A stretch of 64,000 nt of DNA from Felis catus. Taxonomy: Eukaryota. Location of the stretch: NCBI RefSeq assembly GCF_018350175.1, contig NC_058383.1, positions 24,430,001 through 24,494,000 of the forward strand. The letters run 5' to 3'. Made by a program: the position numbers and the translations under genes. How positions within the stretch are numbered: position 1 is the first letter of the stretch; each line of letters starts with the position of its first letter. The notes below the pieces were generated by a model. The model was not told the DNA's origin and did no database searches. It saw only the letters and a program-made list of their open reading frames with translations. This document shows positions 39,837 through 52,964 of the stretch, one piece after another.

Positions 39837-40610
39837 TGTAATACTGTGATTTATAATAAATACATATTTCGTCTTTGTCCAGGTCTAGCACAGAGCTCCT
39901 GAAACCCTGGGAATCTCCTAAGTGAAGAGGGCAATCAAGGAGTCTTTTGTAATGTTAATAGATGAATTAAGGAAAGCCCCTAGATAACCAGGGAAGGGGA
40001 TCTGTTGCCAGGGACACCAACCTCAAATAGACTGTAGAGACCTTCAGTCCCACCCCCTTGATGGGGAGAGAGCACAGAGGTTGAATCAGTCACCAGTGGT
40101 CAGGGACTTAACCAATCATGAATGTAAAACCCAAACAGGTGGGGATTTGAGAAGAGTGATGCTTTCAGAGAGGATATGGAAGTTCCTTGTCCTTTCTCCA
40201 TGCCTCTGCATCAATTCCATCTGGCTATTCCTGAATTACATCCTTTAATAATAAACCAGTAATCTAGTAAGTACACTGTTTCTCTGAGTTCTATGAGACA
40301 CTCTGACAAACTCATCAAACCCAAGGAGGGTCTCATCAGAACCTCCTATCTGTAGCCAGTCCATTAGGAGGAGCACAGGTGACAACCTGTACTTGTGACT
40401 GGCACCTGAAGCAGGGTGGGCTGGGGTGGAGTCAGTCTTATAAGACCTAGACCTTAACCTGTGTGTGGGATCTGATGCCACAGTGACATCAGATAGTCAC
40501 AGAATTCAGTTAAATTGTAGGACACGAGATGGTGTCAGAATTGCTTGGTGGTATGGGAAACTCCCCACCCCCACCCCGCCCGGACATACACATTGGAGTT
40601 GGTCCCAGAA
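39837..40610 (+). mobile_element. LTR element (MER21-like)
   Basis: tgtaatactgtgatttataataa and ctttaataataaaccagtaatctagtaag motifs; family from recall. Confidence 0.65.
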
Positions 40611-41049
40611 TCCTCCTTCTTCTCTCCCCACTCCCTTCTTCCCCAATAAGAGAAATTTGACCTTGTTCTGGAATGGGGTAGTATATCCCTCAGGGGATAT
40701 ACCCAGATTGGGCTAAATAATGAAGATAAAGTCTCATTCCTCTTGCAGATCAGCTACCAGCAAGCATATGATTCTGTTCAATCACATTTATTGAGGGATA
40801 TTGGAAGGGGGCTTCTGTCTTTTGCTTCCTTGTTTAAAAAAAAAAAAAAAGTTATGTAATTCTAGCCCCTTTTCTTCCTGCCTGTGGATGTGGTTGTGTG
40901 ACATTGTGATTCCTTGAGCTGTGGCAGCCATCTTGTGACCATGAGGAAATAAACCTAATGACGCTGAGAATGATGGAGTAAAAACAGAAAACCTAAATTC
41001 CTGACTACTTCATTGTGTTTCCTCAATCAACCCTGGAGTCACTTGGATC

Positions 41050-41987
41050 TTTTAAAAAGAAAACCACAGGCCCCAAAATGGAATAACTTATGCTAGGCCA
41101 AGTTACCAAAACAGAGCTTAATACCTAATCTAATTGCAGTTTCAACCTATCCCAGAAATGTAGTCTTAACTGGTAAATCAGGAATTTTCTAATCAGCACC
41201 AATGGGCCCTCTCCATTCCCCAAAATAAGATGAGATCATCTTTATCTGTGTAAGACCTCCTGCTCTTCCCCTAAGGGAGAGTGACCTTGCCTAAAACATG
41301 TTTTTTCTTTTGCTAATAACTTCTTTGCCCTACCCTCTTTCCTATAAAAACCTTCCACTTTGTACAGCTCCTCAGAGATCCCCTCTACTTGCTAGATGGA
41401 ATTCATGAATTGCTTCATAAAACCAATGTGAGAAGTGAGATGATTCATTTTCAAACACACCAAATAAAAGCTGTGCTGTCTAGTTAACCATAGGTTTACA
41501 ACCTATTGGAAATATGTACAAGCTGCCCACACACACCCCTCCCCGACCCCTTGCAACAATGGAGTCCCCAACGCTTGGACACTTCACTTCCTGGTTATTC
41601 CTCCCCTCTCCATTTCCCCAGGCTTATTTTTTGTGGGCTCTGCAATGAGCATGTGCCAAAGAACTGAAGTTCTCTGGGTCACCTCAAGGAGTGTACATTT
41701 GTTCCAATCAGACTACATGGCCATAGGTGACTTCCAGGTAAGGCTGTCACCTCTGTAGTACTCAGCCAATGAGGAACCAGGGGAGTAACGTGCACGCTAG
41801 AAGATAAATTGCATGCTATAACTGCCCCGAGTTGTGCCTGTCCATCAGATACCTGCTCTTGCAAGAACTTTGATTGAAGCCTTGCTCACTGTGCTCCAAG
41901 TCTCCTAGTCCCTCCTTTGATTGGGCCAGTGGATTTATTTCTCACAACCAATTAGATCTTCAAATTTACTCAGCTGAAATTTTAACA
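41050..41987 (+). mobile_element. ERV1-type LTR (MER34-like) interrupted by a second LTR
   Basis: caggccccaaaatgga start; cctataaaa; resumes ttagatcttcaaatttactcag after the insert. Confidence 0.7.
41427..41946 (+). mobile_element. Solo LTR, 520 bp, 5-bp TSD, nested in another LTR
   Basis: 8-bp inverted termini TGTGAGAA...TTCTCACA; TSD accaa at 41422-41426 and 41947-41951. Confidence 0.85.
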
Positions 41988-42351
41988 ATCTTTGACGTTG
42001 AGTGAGATTCTAAGGATTCCTATTTTTAAAGGGAGGCAGTTTGTTTCTTGTAGGTAAAAAGCACTCAAAATGATTCAGGATTAAAGAACCTTTATTTTTA
42101 GGAGAATGACTATGGGTATAATTTGCATCTGTAAGAACACCCCAAGTTATATGTAAGCTGTCCTTTGGATTAATAGCCAAATTTGTATAAATCACAAAGA
42201 AGAACACCTTCTGTTACACTTATTTTGTTTTGGCTCCCACAAGGCCCAAGAGGACCAGAGTCTTGTTCTGTTCATCTTTGAATTCCCACTGGTCCTCACG
42301 TGGGGAAGTGGTTGACCAAAAATATAGTACAAAGAAGTTTGATTCTATGAA

Positions 42352-43206
42352 AATTAGTAACAGGAAACATCACTAAAATGGAGTCAGGAAGTTTTGGCAT
42401 GGGGAGTTCCCATGCCCTACCACTCCAAACCAATTGCAGACACAACAGAAGAGATGAATTTTACTGTGAATATGGAACCACTCTACTCTTCCAGGTGGAA
42501 GTAGAGATGTTTTCCTCATTTCCTGCCCCCCCTCGCCCCCACCAGGCAACAGTTCAACCAATGAGAAGCCACTATACTTCAAACTCCCAGTTTCCTCCAA
42601 TGGACTTTTAGTTCATAACAGCCTTCCCAATTTACCCCTTCTCTTCCTAAAAAGAGCGTTCCTCAGGGCACCTGGGTGGCTCAGTCCATTGAGCTGTCCC
42701 TCTCTTGATTTTGACACAGGTCATGATCTCATGGTTGTGGGATCAACCCTGCTCTGCACTGGGCATGCAGCCTGCTTGGGATTCTCTCTCCCTCTGCCTC
42801 CGCTTGCATGCTCACGCATACGTGCTCTCTCTCTCTCTCAGAAAAAAGAGGGGGGCCACCTGGGTGGCTCAGTCAGTTAAGTATCCAACTTCAGCTCAGG
42901 TCATGATCTCATAGCTGGTGGGTTCAAGTCCCACACTGGGCTCTGTGCTGACAGCTCAGAACCTGGAGCCTGCTTCAGATTCTGTGTTTCCCTCTCTCTC
43001 TGCCCCTCCCCAGCTTGCACTCTGTCTCTCTCTCTCAAAAACAAACATTAAAAAAAAAAAAAAAAAAAAAAAAAAAGCATGCCTCTCCCTTGTAACCTGG
43101 ACTTACCTACAGTTTTGCTGTTTGTCCCCAATTGCAATTCTCTTTTATTCACAAATAAACCCATCTTTTTCTGGTAAAATAACTGGCAGTATCTATGAGG
43201 TTACCA
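42352..43206 (+). mobile_element. LTR remnant containing two CAN-SINEs (about 42666-42845 and 42850-43076)
   Basis: aaaatggagtcagga, ccaatgagaag and cacaaataaaccc LTR-like motifs; SINE heads at 42666 and 42850. Confidence 0.65.
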
Positions 43207-43695
43207 ATTCAAAGCAGACAGTATGGTCTCTTCTCTTCCATACTTAGGAATGGATCCTCCTCCCTTAATTCTGTTAGGGTCACAGGGGCAGGGAAGATGC
43301 CAGGAAGCAAGCATGGATGCAGGAAACATGGGTTCTAGCCCTGGTACTGCAGACTTACAGTGTCTGGCCTCAGGTGTGCATCTTCAGGAGAGGACTGAAG
43401 AGGCAATTTATTTATTACCTTGTTACCCAAGGTGTGCCACGCATAAACTCAGGTCCTGCTCCAGACCTAAGGATTCAGAATCTGCCCTGTAGCAGGACTC
43501 CTTGTTACGAATGCACATTAACAATGCACATTAATGGATGCAAGTTAACATTTGATGTGTGAGTCAAAAGCTTCTTCCAGTTAGCGCTACTCCCTGCTGG
43601 CCCAGCTTCATATTGCCTGAACGTGAGCTCCCTCTTCTGGCTCAGAAATTAAGCGCTTTCTTTAGGAAACACTTCTGATCCATTTGTTTTGTTTT

Positions 43696-43818
43696 TTTTT
43701 TTTAAGGGTTTCAAATGGGGCTTGAAGCTCCAGCACCTAAACAGGGGCATAAGGGCTGTTTTTTTTAAGGGTTTCAAATGCGGCTTGAAGCTAGCTCCAG
43801 CACCTAAACAGGGGCATA
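43696..43818. repeat. Tandem duplication of about 56-60 bp
   Basis: ttttttttaagggtttcaaatg(g/c)ggcttgaagct(agct)ccagcacctaaacaggggcata occurs twice. Confidence 0.95.
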
Positions 43819-43982
43819 GCATATGTATAGGACCTTGAGTCTCCTCCCGCATTTTGGAAACTTGAACAATGCCTACAGCCCGGAGCAGGGGGGAGCCATG
43901 CCCTCTCCAACCTAGATGGCTCGGATTCCCCCCTGCCAAGGAGTCCACTTTCCCCGTGACTCAGCCTTGTCATTTCTGCTTT

Positions 43983-44421
43983 TTTTTGGTAATATTTATT
44001 TATTTATTTATTTATTTATTTATTTTAATTTTTTTTAACGTTTTATTTGAGACAGGGAGAGACAGAGCATGAACAGGGGAGGGTCAGAGAGAGGGAGACT
44101 CAGAATCTGAAACAGGCTCCAGGCTCTGAGCTGTCAGCACAGAGCCCGACGCGGGGCTCGAACTCATGGACTGCGAGATCATGACCTGAGCCGAAGTCGG
44201 ACGCTTAACCGACTGAACCAGCCAGGCGCCCCAATTTTTATTTATTTTTGAGAGAGAAAGAGAGAAAGGCAGACAGAGAGAGGGAGACCCAGAATCCAAA
44301 GCATGCTTCAGGCTCCCAGCTGTCAGCACAGAGCCCAACGCAGGGCTCGAACCCACGAACTGTGAGATCATGACCTGAGCTGAAGTTGGAGCTTAACTGA
44401 CTGAGCCACCCAGGTGCCCCA
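43983..44421 (-). mobile_element. Two CAN-SINEs, a younger one in the tail of an older one
   Basis: Outer TSD tgtcatttctgcttt at 43968-43982 and 44422-44436. Confidence 0.9.
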
Positions 44422-44804
44422 TGTCATTTCTGCTTTAACAACAAAGCAGGGAGAGATGAACAAACAGTGCCTGACCTGGCAGGCTGGTGATGGGGTAGTC
44501 ACCAGCCATCCCTGAGACCTCTGGCAAACTGTTGGCCTAGTTTCCTCTTCTGCCAGCTGATGAATATCGCATGAAGTTGGAACAGAGTGACCTTGCAAAA
44601 TTGTTGTGAAAGGTCAAAAATAGTAATCGATGTGAAAGGTCTTTGAAAACCTGAAATGTTTGTTTCACAAACATGAAGGTGTTTTCCTGATGCCATTACT
44701 GTAACTGGCTGCTCTAGCACAGACCTGGCCAACTGCAGCCTCTGATCCCAGACGAGCTGTGCCTTGCTTGGCCTAATGCTCTTAATTCTCATTATTTGTC
44801 TACA

Positions 44805-44990
44805 TCAAGATTTCTCAACCTTGGCACCAACATTTGGGCCCAGATAATCTTTTTGTAAGGAGGTGTCATATGCACTGTAGGATGGTTAGCAGCATCCCTG
44901 GCCTCAACCCACCAGATGCCAGCCTCACCCCCTCTTCCAAACACACACACAGTCATGACAATCAAAAATGCCTCCAGATGCTGCCAGACG
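44805..44990. mobile_element. MER20-like hAT MITE
   Basis: tttctcaaccttggcac, gcactgtaggatggttagcagcatccctggcc and tgacaatcaaaaatgcctccaga motifs. Confidence 0.75.
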
Positions 44991-45917
44991 GGAACAGGCT
45001 ATAGATCCAGACTTCTTGATCTTTCTAGTCAATGGAAAATATTGTTCAGGGGCTTCTATGTATAAGGTTATAGGCTACCCAAAGTGAATAGACAGACTTT
45101 GTTTCCATCCCCAGAGCACTGGTGGAGAGGAGGCACGTAAGCAGGGTGGGAGGAAGGACAAATGCAAGAGAATAGCACCAAACGAGACAATTTCGTTGAG
45201 CAAGGGTATAATTGTTCCACTGTGTTGTAGCACTTTTATAATCTAGAGATCACTTGCCTCCACCTCCCAAAGATTCTGGGTGGGTAGCATTCTCACTACA
45301 GACTGAGGAAGTCAACACACAGAGAGGTTGTCACTTGCTCACCATGCCTGGTCCACAAGGGCTGTACATATAAAGACAGTGCAAACAGCAAGACATGACT
45401 TCAGTTTAAGCTGGACTGTGGAAGGTGGAAATGTTTCAAAAAGGGAGGTTTGGAAAGGGGATGCCCAACACCATTGATTTTCAACTTTTCTGCCACACAC
45501 ATGATGGATAATATCCACCCTAACAACACACCCAAGAGGCACACCAAATTTGTATGTAATCCCTACCCCCTTCCTTTCCTTCAGGAAGGCAAAGAAAGCA
45601 CTTTAATAATTCGTAATTGTCACAGCTCTTACCAATCACTCAGTGTGTGTGTGTGCGCACGCACATGCGTGCACGCATAATTTAATCACTCAGGATATGT
45701 GTATGCATGCACGTACAGGGGTTCTGGGGGATGCCATGGCATAGGTAAGGTTACTCTCAAATTCTACGTCCTCTCTCTAGCGCCACCTTTTCTCTCCTGC
45801 TCAAGGAAGTACAGCAGAACCTCATGAAAGTACCGTTAGTCATTCTCAACCTTCTTGGGACAACTCACACCTGATCTGCCTTTGCCAGAATGCCCCAACT
45901 TCTGGGCTCAATCTCCC

Positions 45918-46030
45918 TTTTTTTTCTCTCTTTTCCAACTTCTATTTAAATTCTAGTTAGTTAACATACAGTGCAATATCGGTTGCAGGAGTAGAATTCA
46001 GGGATTCATCACTTACCTACGACACCCTGT
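45918..46030 (-). mobile_element. Short carnivore L1 3' end
   Basis: tctagttagttaacatacagtg and aggagtagaattcagggattcatcacttac resemble the reverse of the L1 3' end at about 10830-10900. Confidence 0.7.
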
Positions 46031-47079
46031 TCTACACGGAGCAGACTGCAGAAGCTGCACTCAAGTGGTAGTTGAAATGGTTACTTCAATGGGGACAATT
46101 TTAGGGGAAGCCAATCGCTCACATTCCGTTTCATGAAACCGGCGATCTCTGGAGTTCAGTGCCACGGCAGCAAAGGATGTGGGTACGGTCGCAGACGGCA
46201 TCTATTAGGGCATGGGTCCAAATTTCAGAAGGCCTCAAAGGCAGGTTGGAGGAGTGGATATTGAATAGTACACGGGTTACACAGGTGGGTTTTGTAGTCA
46301 GGCAGACTGGGCTTGAATCCCACTTGTTTCTGTGTGCCCTTAAAACAGTTTAACCACTCAGTCTTTTGGCTTCTTCATCTCTAAAATGGATGGTAGTGAG
46401 GATGGACTGAAAACGTGTATTGATTTGTAGAGGTTTCAAGATCGCACCCAACATGTGGCAAAAACAGAGACATACTGATAAATTAACATTCTGGCTGTAT
46501 AAAGTCACAGCTTTCATGCTCTGAGGATAAATTACCTTTCCAAATGAGCTGCACATTGAACTATATCTAAAAAGCAGACACCTTTTGAATAATGGGTGAG
46601 TCCTAACATTCCTCCAAGCTTGGCTAACAACAGGCCTCTTACACGTTCCTGTTGCACTGTTTTAAATGATGGTGCACTGTGCATTTTGACAACTGTGCCT
46701 TATGGGCCCGTTCTGTGGCAGGCACTCTGCTAGGTTCTGTACGTTATTTTACTTTGTTTGACTGGCAAAGGCCTTGGGCTCCAGGCAATATTATGGGGAG
46801 CCTGAATTGCAAAGCTATGATTAGATGCCACATTTCTTGGCAGAATTAGTGAGTCAGTTCTGCTCTAAACCTTAGTTTCATTTCTAAACTCCAGAGGCTG
46901 ATGCATACAAAAAACGAGAAGCCAGAAGGGCAGCTTGTGATGGGTCTCACTCAAGTGTAGTGGGAAAGCACCTTGTACTTGCAGAGTTTGAAGTAAGGAT
47001 GTTTATATAATCGGAAATGTGTTTTAAAATGATCTCTTGGCTACTCCTAGGAGACCATCTCATAAGATGTCTGTGTAAA

Positions 47080-47820
47080 GCTCTCAGCACTGAAAATATT
47101 CCCAAACATTATATCCTCAGCCCAGACCTACACTCTAAGCCAACAGTCTACTTGATTCATCCTATTGGTGTTAAAGGCATATCTGATTTAATATAAGCAA
47201 AGCAGATTTTGAATATTCACCCAGTCCCCACCTCAGAAAAATAGTGTCTCTGTCTACCCACCGGCTCAAGTTAAAAAAATTTAGGCACCATGCTTATGTC
47301 CCCCTTTCCTTCATCATCCACATGCAATCAACCACCAGATGCTGCCGGCTCTCCAAGGGAGGGAGGTCTCCATTACCTCCATCCCAGTGTGGTGCCACAA
47401 CCATCCTCTGCTCTGGGCCTCTGGAGACCTAAATGGCTTTCAGCTCCCAACCCACTGCCTATAGAGTGATCTTTTAACATCCAAGTCTATGTCCCTCTAA
47501 ACTTTATGGTCTTCCCTTTACTCATTGGTGTAAATTTCTTACTATATGGACCAGTGCACGATGGACTCCTCTCTCTTTCATCTACCCTTTGCTTACCAGG
47601 CCCAGCCACACTGACATTTCGATTTTTCCAGTCTCTGGGCCTTTGTGTCCCTGTGCCTTCTGCTGGGAACACGCAGCCCCAGCTCAGGGCATGGCAGTAA
47701 CTTCTCATTCTTTGGTTCAGAGAAGAAATCCCTGCTTGCTGTGACTAAACTGGCCTCCCACAGTTATTTATCACCCTTTACTTTCATTGATATGCTTGCC
47801 ACAATCTAATACTTTGTCTG
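47080..47820 (+). mobile_element. L2 remnant
   Basis: cagcccagacctacactctaagc, catccacatgcaatcaaccacc and ctgtgccttctgctgggaac motifs. Confidence 0.55.
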
Positions 47821-47824
47821 CTTG

Positions 47825-48288
47825 TTGTAGCAGGTAGACTCTAAGGCAGAGCCCATGATCGCAACCTGTGGTACACATGCCTTTGTGCGATCCCATCCTT
47901 TCAAGTGTGGTTGGGACCTGTGATTGCTTCTAACCCACAGAATACAGTGAAAGTGACAAGATGTACGTGATTATGCTACATAAGAATGTAATGTCTGCCT
48001 TGCTAAGAGACTCTCTCTCTCAGTGGCTTTGAAGAAGCAAGCTGCCAGGTGTGAAGTTCCATAGAGACTGCAGGGAACTGGATGCTGCCAGTGACCATGT
48101 GGGCTTGGATGTGGATCCTTCCCCAGGTGAGCCTCAAATGAGAACCTAGCCCTGGCAACACTGTGTTTGTAGTCTTCCAAAGGACCCAGCTGAGCCAGGA
48201 CTCCTAACACACTGAAAATGTGAGTTAACATATGCTCTTGTAAGTCTATACTTTGTGGTAAACTGCTATACAGCAACATTTAATACAC
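47825..48288 (+). mobile_element. MaLR LTR (MLT1E/F/H-like)
   Basis: tgtagcaggtagactctaagg, ggctttgaagaagcaagctgcc and tgctatacagcaacatttaataca motifs. Confidence 0.7.
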
Positions 48289-48579
48289 TTGTTAAACAAC
48301 TCCTGTGTTAGAAAGTGAACTTCAGGACTGGGGACCTTTTCATTTTTCCATTACTGGAGCCTCAGAACCCAGCTGGGTAGATACCATCGACAGAAAATAG
48401 CAGACCCTTGCATGAAGAAAAGAAACATTTAATAAATACCAACTGTTAATACTGTCAAGAAAGGGCACCTCTTGTTCTCAAGTAGAGGTAAAACCACCTT
48501 TAGGGACAGGCATGACAGTCAAGGGATTCAGAAGTTTCCAGATGAAGGCCTTTATGCCCTATCACAAGTAGCAGGCTTA

Positions 48580-49110
48580 TTATTTTAGTTTGTCTGCCCA
48601 GTAAATATTTCCTCTCCTTCTCATATTCCTTTGGGAGTATGCACACCATTCAATGTGAAACCAGTGGACCTGACCTAAACCATCCCTGGTTCCCATGAAC
48701 CTATGTCCCAGCCCTGCCCTATCAGCAGAGTCTAACCTCCTGGCCACTGTGATTGGTTCAGGGTTGCTCACATGACCCAAGTCTGTCCAATCAGAGCCAA
48801 GCCCAGAACATCTGCTTGTACTGTTGGAAAAGAGCAGCTTTCTTACCAGTGCAGAGTGCTGACTGTAGGGTTGATGTAAAGCCAGAGTTGCTGGGACCCC
48901 AGGTAAGGAGGGCCTGACTGGAAAAGGAGCTCACACGGAGGAAAGTAGGGCTGCGGGATGAAGGGAGAGAGATGCCTCAAAGCACCACTGGATCCGGCAG
49001 TACATGAAAATCTAACCCCTGGCTTTTTAGTTGAGTGAAATGAACTTCCCCCTTCTGCACCCCACTTTTTGAAGCCACTTTGGGTAGAGTGTCTATCACA
49101 AACCCTATTA
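48580..49110 (+). mobile_element. Old MaLR LTR (MLT1J/K-like)
   Basis: ggccactgtgattggttcagg and catgacccaagtctgtccaatcagag motifs. Confidence 0.6.
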
Positions 49111-50055
49111 CCTGGGATCTGACATGAAATCAACAGAGAAGGAATAAGCAGGTATGATGTCTTGGGGGTGAAATAAAGAGTTAAGAAGCTCGTCTAGATA
49201 AATATTTAATAAAATGCCATAGCAGACCACCGAAGTAGAAATCCCATGGGATTTTAAAAGTTTGTGTAATCCTTTAGCATTTCCATAGGACTTTTTACAG
49301 ATGTGGCTTAACAAGTTCCTTAAAACAATACAAAAGTGTCAAGTGCAAGTATTTTAGAAAGTAACAGCACTTAACAGTACTCAACATGGGAACTAAGCCT
49401 TTAGACTTTTTCAAAAGTGCCCTTGGCCATAAAGTTAACTTTAGACTGTATTTTCCAGCTTTGTCTGAGAGGCCATAATTACCAAATTTTGCTAGTTTTT
49501 CTGATACAAAGCTAATAAGGCAGAAGAATTTGTTCTGTTTTCGATCACTTTTGCCACCTCGTTTCAAGGAAGTGAAGAAATAAACAGCTTCCTCATTTCA
49601 GAAAGAAAGAAAAAAAGAAAGGAAGCAAGGAAGGAAGGGGAGGGAGGGAAGGAAGATAGAAGAAAAAAAAAGAAACCATAGTTGCCCCAGTTGGGCCCTT
49701 GGACACAAGATTGGAGTCTTTGGGGTCAAGCTGCTGGCTGTAAGGAGTGGGGCCAAAGTCAAGACCGCACACTGGAGAGGAGTGAAAGGTGGGAGGAGCT
49801 GCCAAGCCACTGCAATTTTCAGCTAATTCTCATGTGAGGGTGGGTCAGCCAACAGAACCACAGGGACTCAAGAGCAACTGATCACCAAGTGGCCTCAAGT
49901 TGCCCCCGCAGGATCCTACAAATAAGAGAAAAGGCTAGAGGACACATACAGGGAGTGTTTGACCACCCAGCCCCCATCTGAGTCAATCCTAAGGGTTGAG
50001 TATGATCCACAGACTTCGAGAAGTGCTTGCAAAAGCTCTGGCTCCGCTCAGCCGA

Positions 50056-50137
50056 TCATTCCTGGTAGAGCCCCTCTAAGTCTGCGGACTTCATAGCAAG
50101 CTGACAGTCGCCACCGGAGTTTTGTTGTGTTAACAGT
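50056..50137 (-). CDS. LDAF1: LDAF1/TMEM159 last coding exon
   Basis: Reverse ttaccaaacag|A CTG TTA reads (R)LLTQQNSGGDCQLAMKSADLEGLYQE, TGA stop; 82 nt. Confidence 0.93.
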
Positions 50138-50180
50138 CTGTTTGGTAACAAGAGGAAATGGTTAGCCCTATGGCCTCTTT

Positions 50181-50667
50181 ATTTATTTTTTATTTTTTAA
50201 AATGTTTATTTTTGAGAGAGAGAGACAGAGCATGAGTAGGGCAGGGGCAGAGAGAGACACACACAGAATGTGAAGCAGGCTCCAGGCTCTGAGCTGTCAG
50301 CACAGAGCCCGACGCAGGACTAAAACTCACCAACAGTGAGATCATGACCTGAGCTAAAATTGGATGCTTTAACCGACTAAACCACCCAGCCACCCCATGT
50401 TTATTTTTTAATGCTTATTTATTTTTGAGAAAGGAAGAGAGAGATAGAACATGAGTGGGGGAGGGGCAGAGACAGAGGGAGACAGAAAATCTGAAGCAAG
50501 TTCCAGGCTCTGAGCTGTCAGCACAGAGCCCGATGCAGGACTCAAACTCAGAAACAGTGAGATCATGACCTGAGCCGAAGTTGGATGCTTAACTGACTAA
50601 ACCACTTGCCACCCCATGTTTATTTGTTTTTCAATGCTTATTTATTTTTGTGAGAGACAGAGAGAAG

Positions 50668-50723
<56 letters not shown>

Positions 50724-50886
50724 ATGGGTGGGGGAGGGGCAGAGAGAGAGGGAGGCACAGAATTTGAAGCAGGCTCCAGGCTCTGAGCTGTCAGCACAGA
50801 GCCCGACGCGGGGCTTGAACCTATGACCCATGGGATCATGACCTGAGCCAAAGTCAGAGGCTTAACCAACTGAGCTACCCAGGCAT
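50181..50886 (-). mobile_element. Three tandem CAN-SINEs
   Basis: Three SINE bodies; outer flanking repeat ggcctcttta near 50172 and 50889. Confidence 0.92.
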
Positions 50887-51999
50887 AGGGCCTCTTTAAA
50901 GAGCTCTAATGCTGAGCATGCACAAAACTGAATACAGGACTTTCTTTGTTGGTTTGTTTTTAGCTGCTTCTTGAAACACCAGATTTGAGGCTTTACCATT
51001 TACAGATGGAAATTGAGGGCACAAGAGGTTAAAATGACAGAGTTAGGGGTAGGGATTATGGCCCTTCCCCCTAGTCTAATTTGGACACTGCATTTTCTCA
51101 GTGTATTGTTCACATTCTCGCAATAATCCAGTGATTGTTGGAGTAGCCCTATTTTACCAGTGAAAGAAAACTGAGAACAGAGAAGTTAAGCAGCTTGTTC
51201 AAGATCACACAGCTAAAAAATGGCAGAGCTGGGATTGAGACCCATATCTTCTGATTCCAATTAATCCGCTGTTTCTTGACAACTTCAACAGAAGAGAGGT
51301 AGGGGGCAAAAAGAAAGACAAATAGGTGTTTTTTAGCCCCTGTGATGGCAAGTTTCTGAGGGGAGTGAGAGTGGAGATAGCATTATCGATATTAAGTACA
51401 TCTATAGGTTATCTTTGAATTTCAAATACCTTTGCCAACATGGACACCCCAGTGCGGAAATCTGTGGCATATACCAGAGTTTGGCTGACCAACACAGCTG
51501 AGAAAACAGCACTCCATCTCACAGCCTCCTTGCCAGCTTAGAACAGCCAACTGACACAATTCTAGCCAAGGAAGTCAGCTTGGGCAGGATGGGGAGAGGT
51601 CCTAGGAAAAACTGCACTTACTTGATAAAAATCGTCAGACTCAAGTGGTGAGGGAGGTCTCATTTTTTTTTTTCTCCCTTCATCCTGCTTTGAATGTTCT
51701 TGGTGTAGCCAGAGCCACAACAGCTTTCTTGTGGCCATGAGGTCACAAACCAATGGGCTAAGCATGGCAACACCAAAAGACATAAGGTGGCTGGTATGTA
51801 GATGACACCGGGCAGTTAATCCATTTTCTTAAGGACATCTTACAGTTTTATTCTCTTTTTTCTTTTTCAAAAATTTTAGCTGCATATTATCTTTTGTTTT
51901 AAGGTCAAGATCCCATTTGCATCATGGATTAAAGTGAACAGTTCCTCTTTCTTCCCCCTATGCTTTGGAACATTCAGTAAGAGTTTCTTGAGTTTAAGA

Positions 52000-52885
52000 A
52001 TTCACTAGTGCAAGGGTTTTCAGGTGACAACTATTTTCATAGTAATATAATATGCTCAATGCCTTTGTTGCTCTCATTCTCCACAAAGGAACAGTGGAGT
52101 GTTTTTTTTTTTAAGCTTATTTTTGAGAAAGAGAGAGAAAGCATAAGTGGGGAAGAGGGAGAAAGAAAGGGAGACAGAGGATCCAAAGGGGGCTCTGTGC
52201 TGACAGCAGAGAGCTCGATGCGGGGCTTGAACTCACAAACCGCGAGATCATGATCTGAGCCTAAATCAGAAGCTTGACTGACTGAGCCACTCAAGTGCCC
52301 CAACAGTGGAGTTTTCACAGTATATGTGGAACATCTGCATGACTCCATGAACCAATATTCTCCAAATGAGCAATGCATGAAGTTAAAAAACACGCACCAT
52401 AGAAGATCTAATAAAAGTGCAAGACAGACCAGTAGATTTTAATATAATGAACTACAAAAAGTCACATTTCAGTTAACCTTTGAGAAACTACCACGTATTG
52501 AGTTTTGGTGTACCATCAAAGAACATCCACAGTCATCTGAAAAAGCTTTTCCTCTCTTTGTCAGTCACACATTTGTGAGGCGGGGGTCTGCAAAACCCAG
52601 CTGACCTCTATTAAGGAGACCTTAAAGATCTTTGTAACATGTAAAACAATGCCACTTACTCATTTCATTTTGTAATGGGAAAATGTTACTTATAAAGATG
52701 TTATTTACATCAACTGGTAAAACTGCTCTTTTTAAAGGAATAAATATTTTTTGAATTTGTTAATTTCTACTACAGTAATTATTGGTACATTTAAACCACA
52801 TGAACAAAAACTTGGGGAGATTCAGTAGTTTTAAGAAGGTAAAATGGGTCATTTTAAGAAGGGAAAAAGCTTGAGAACCACTGCC
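52000..52885. mobile_element. hAT Charlie-like remnant interrupted by a CAN-SINE (about 52090-52300, minus strand)
   Basis: aacctttgagaaactaccac, gagttttggtgtaccatcaaagaa and aaaagcttgagaaccactg motifs. Confidence 0.6.
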
Positions 52886-52964
52886 CTAATGAAAACAATC
52901 AGTCCAGGGGTCTTGGTTGGGAGGAGAAGAGGGCTGTAAGGAGATAAAGGAGAAATCTTGGGTA

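Noticed and set aside
45770..45795. Possible CTCF motif (reverse strand AAAAGGTGGCGCTAG)
   Set aside because: Lacks the conserved 5' CC of the core motif; too weak without ChIP data.
48420..49215. Candidate LDAF1 poly(A) signals (minus-strand ATTAAA at 48428-48433 and 49205-49210)
   Set aside because: Cannot choose between them or confirm either from sequence alone.
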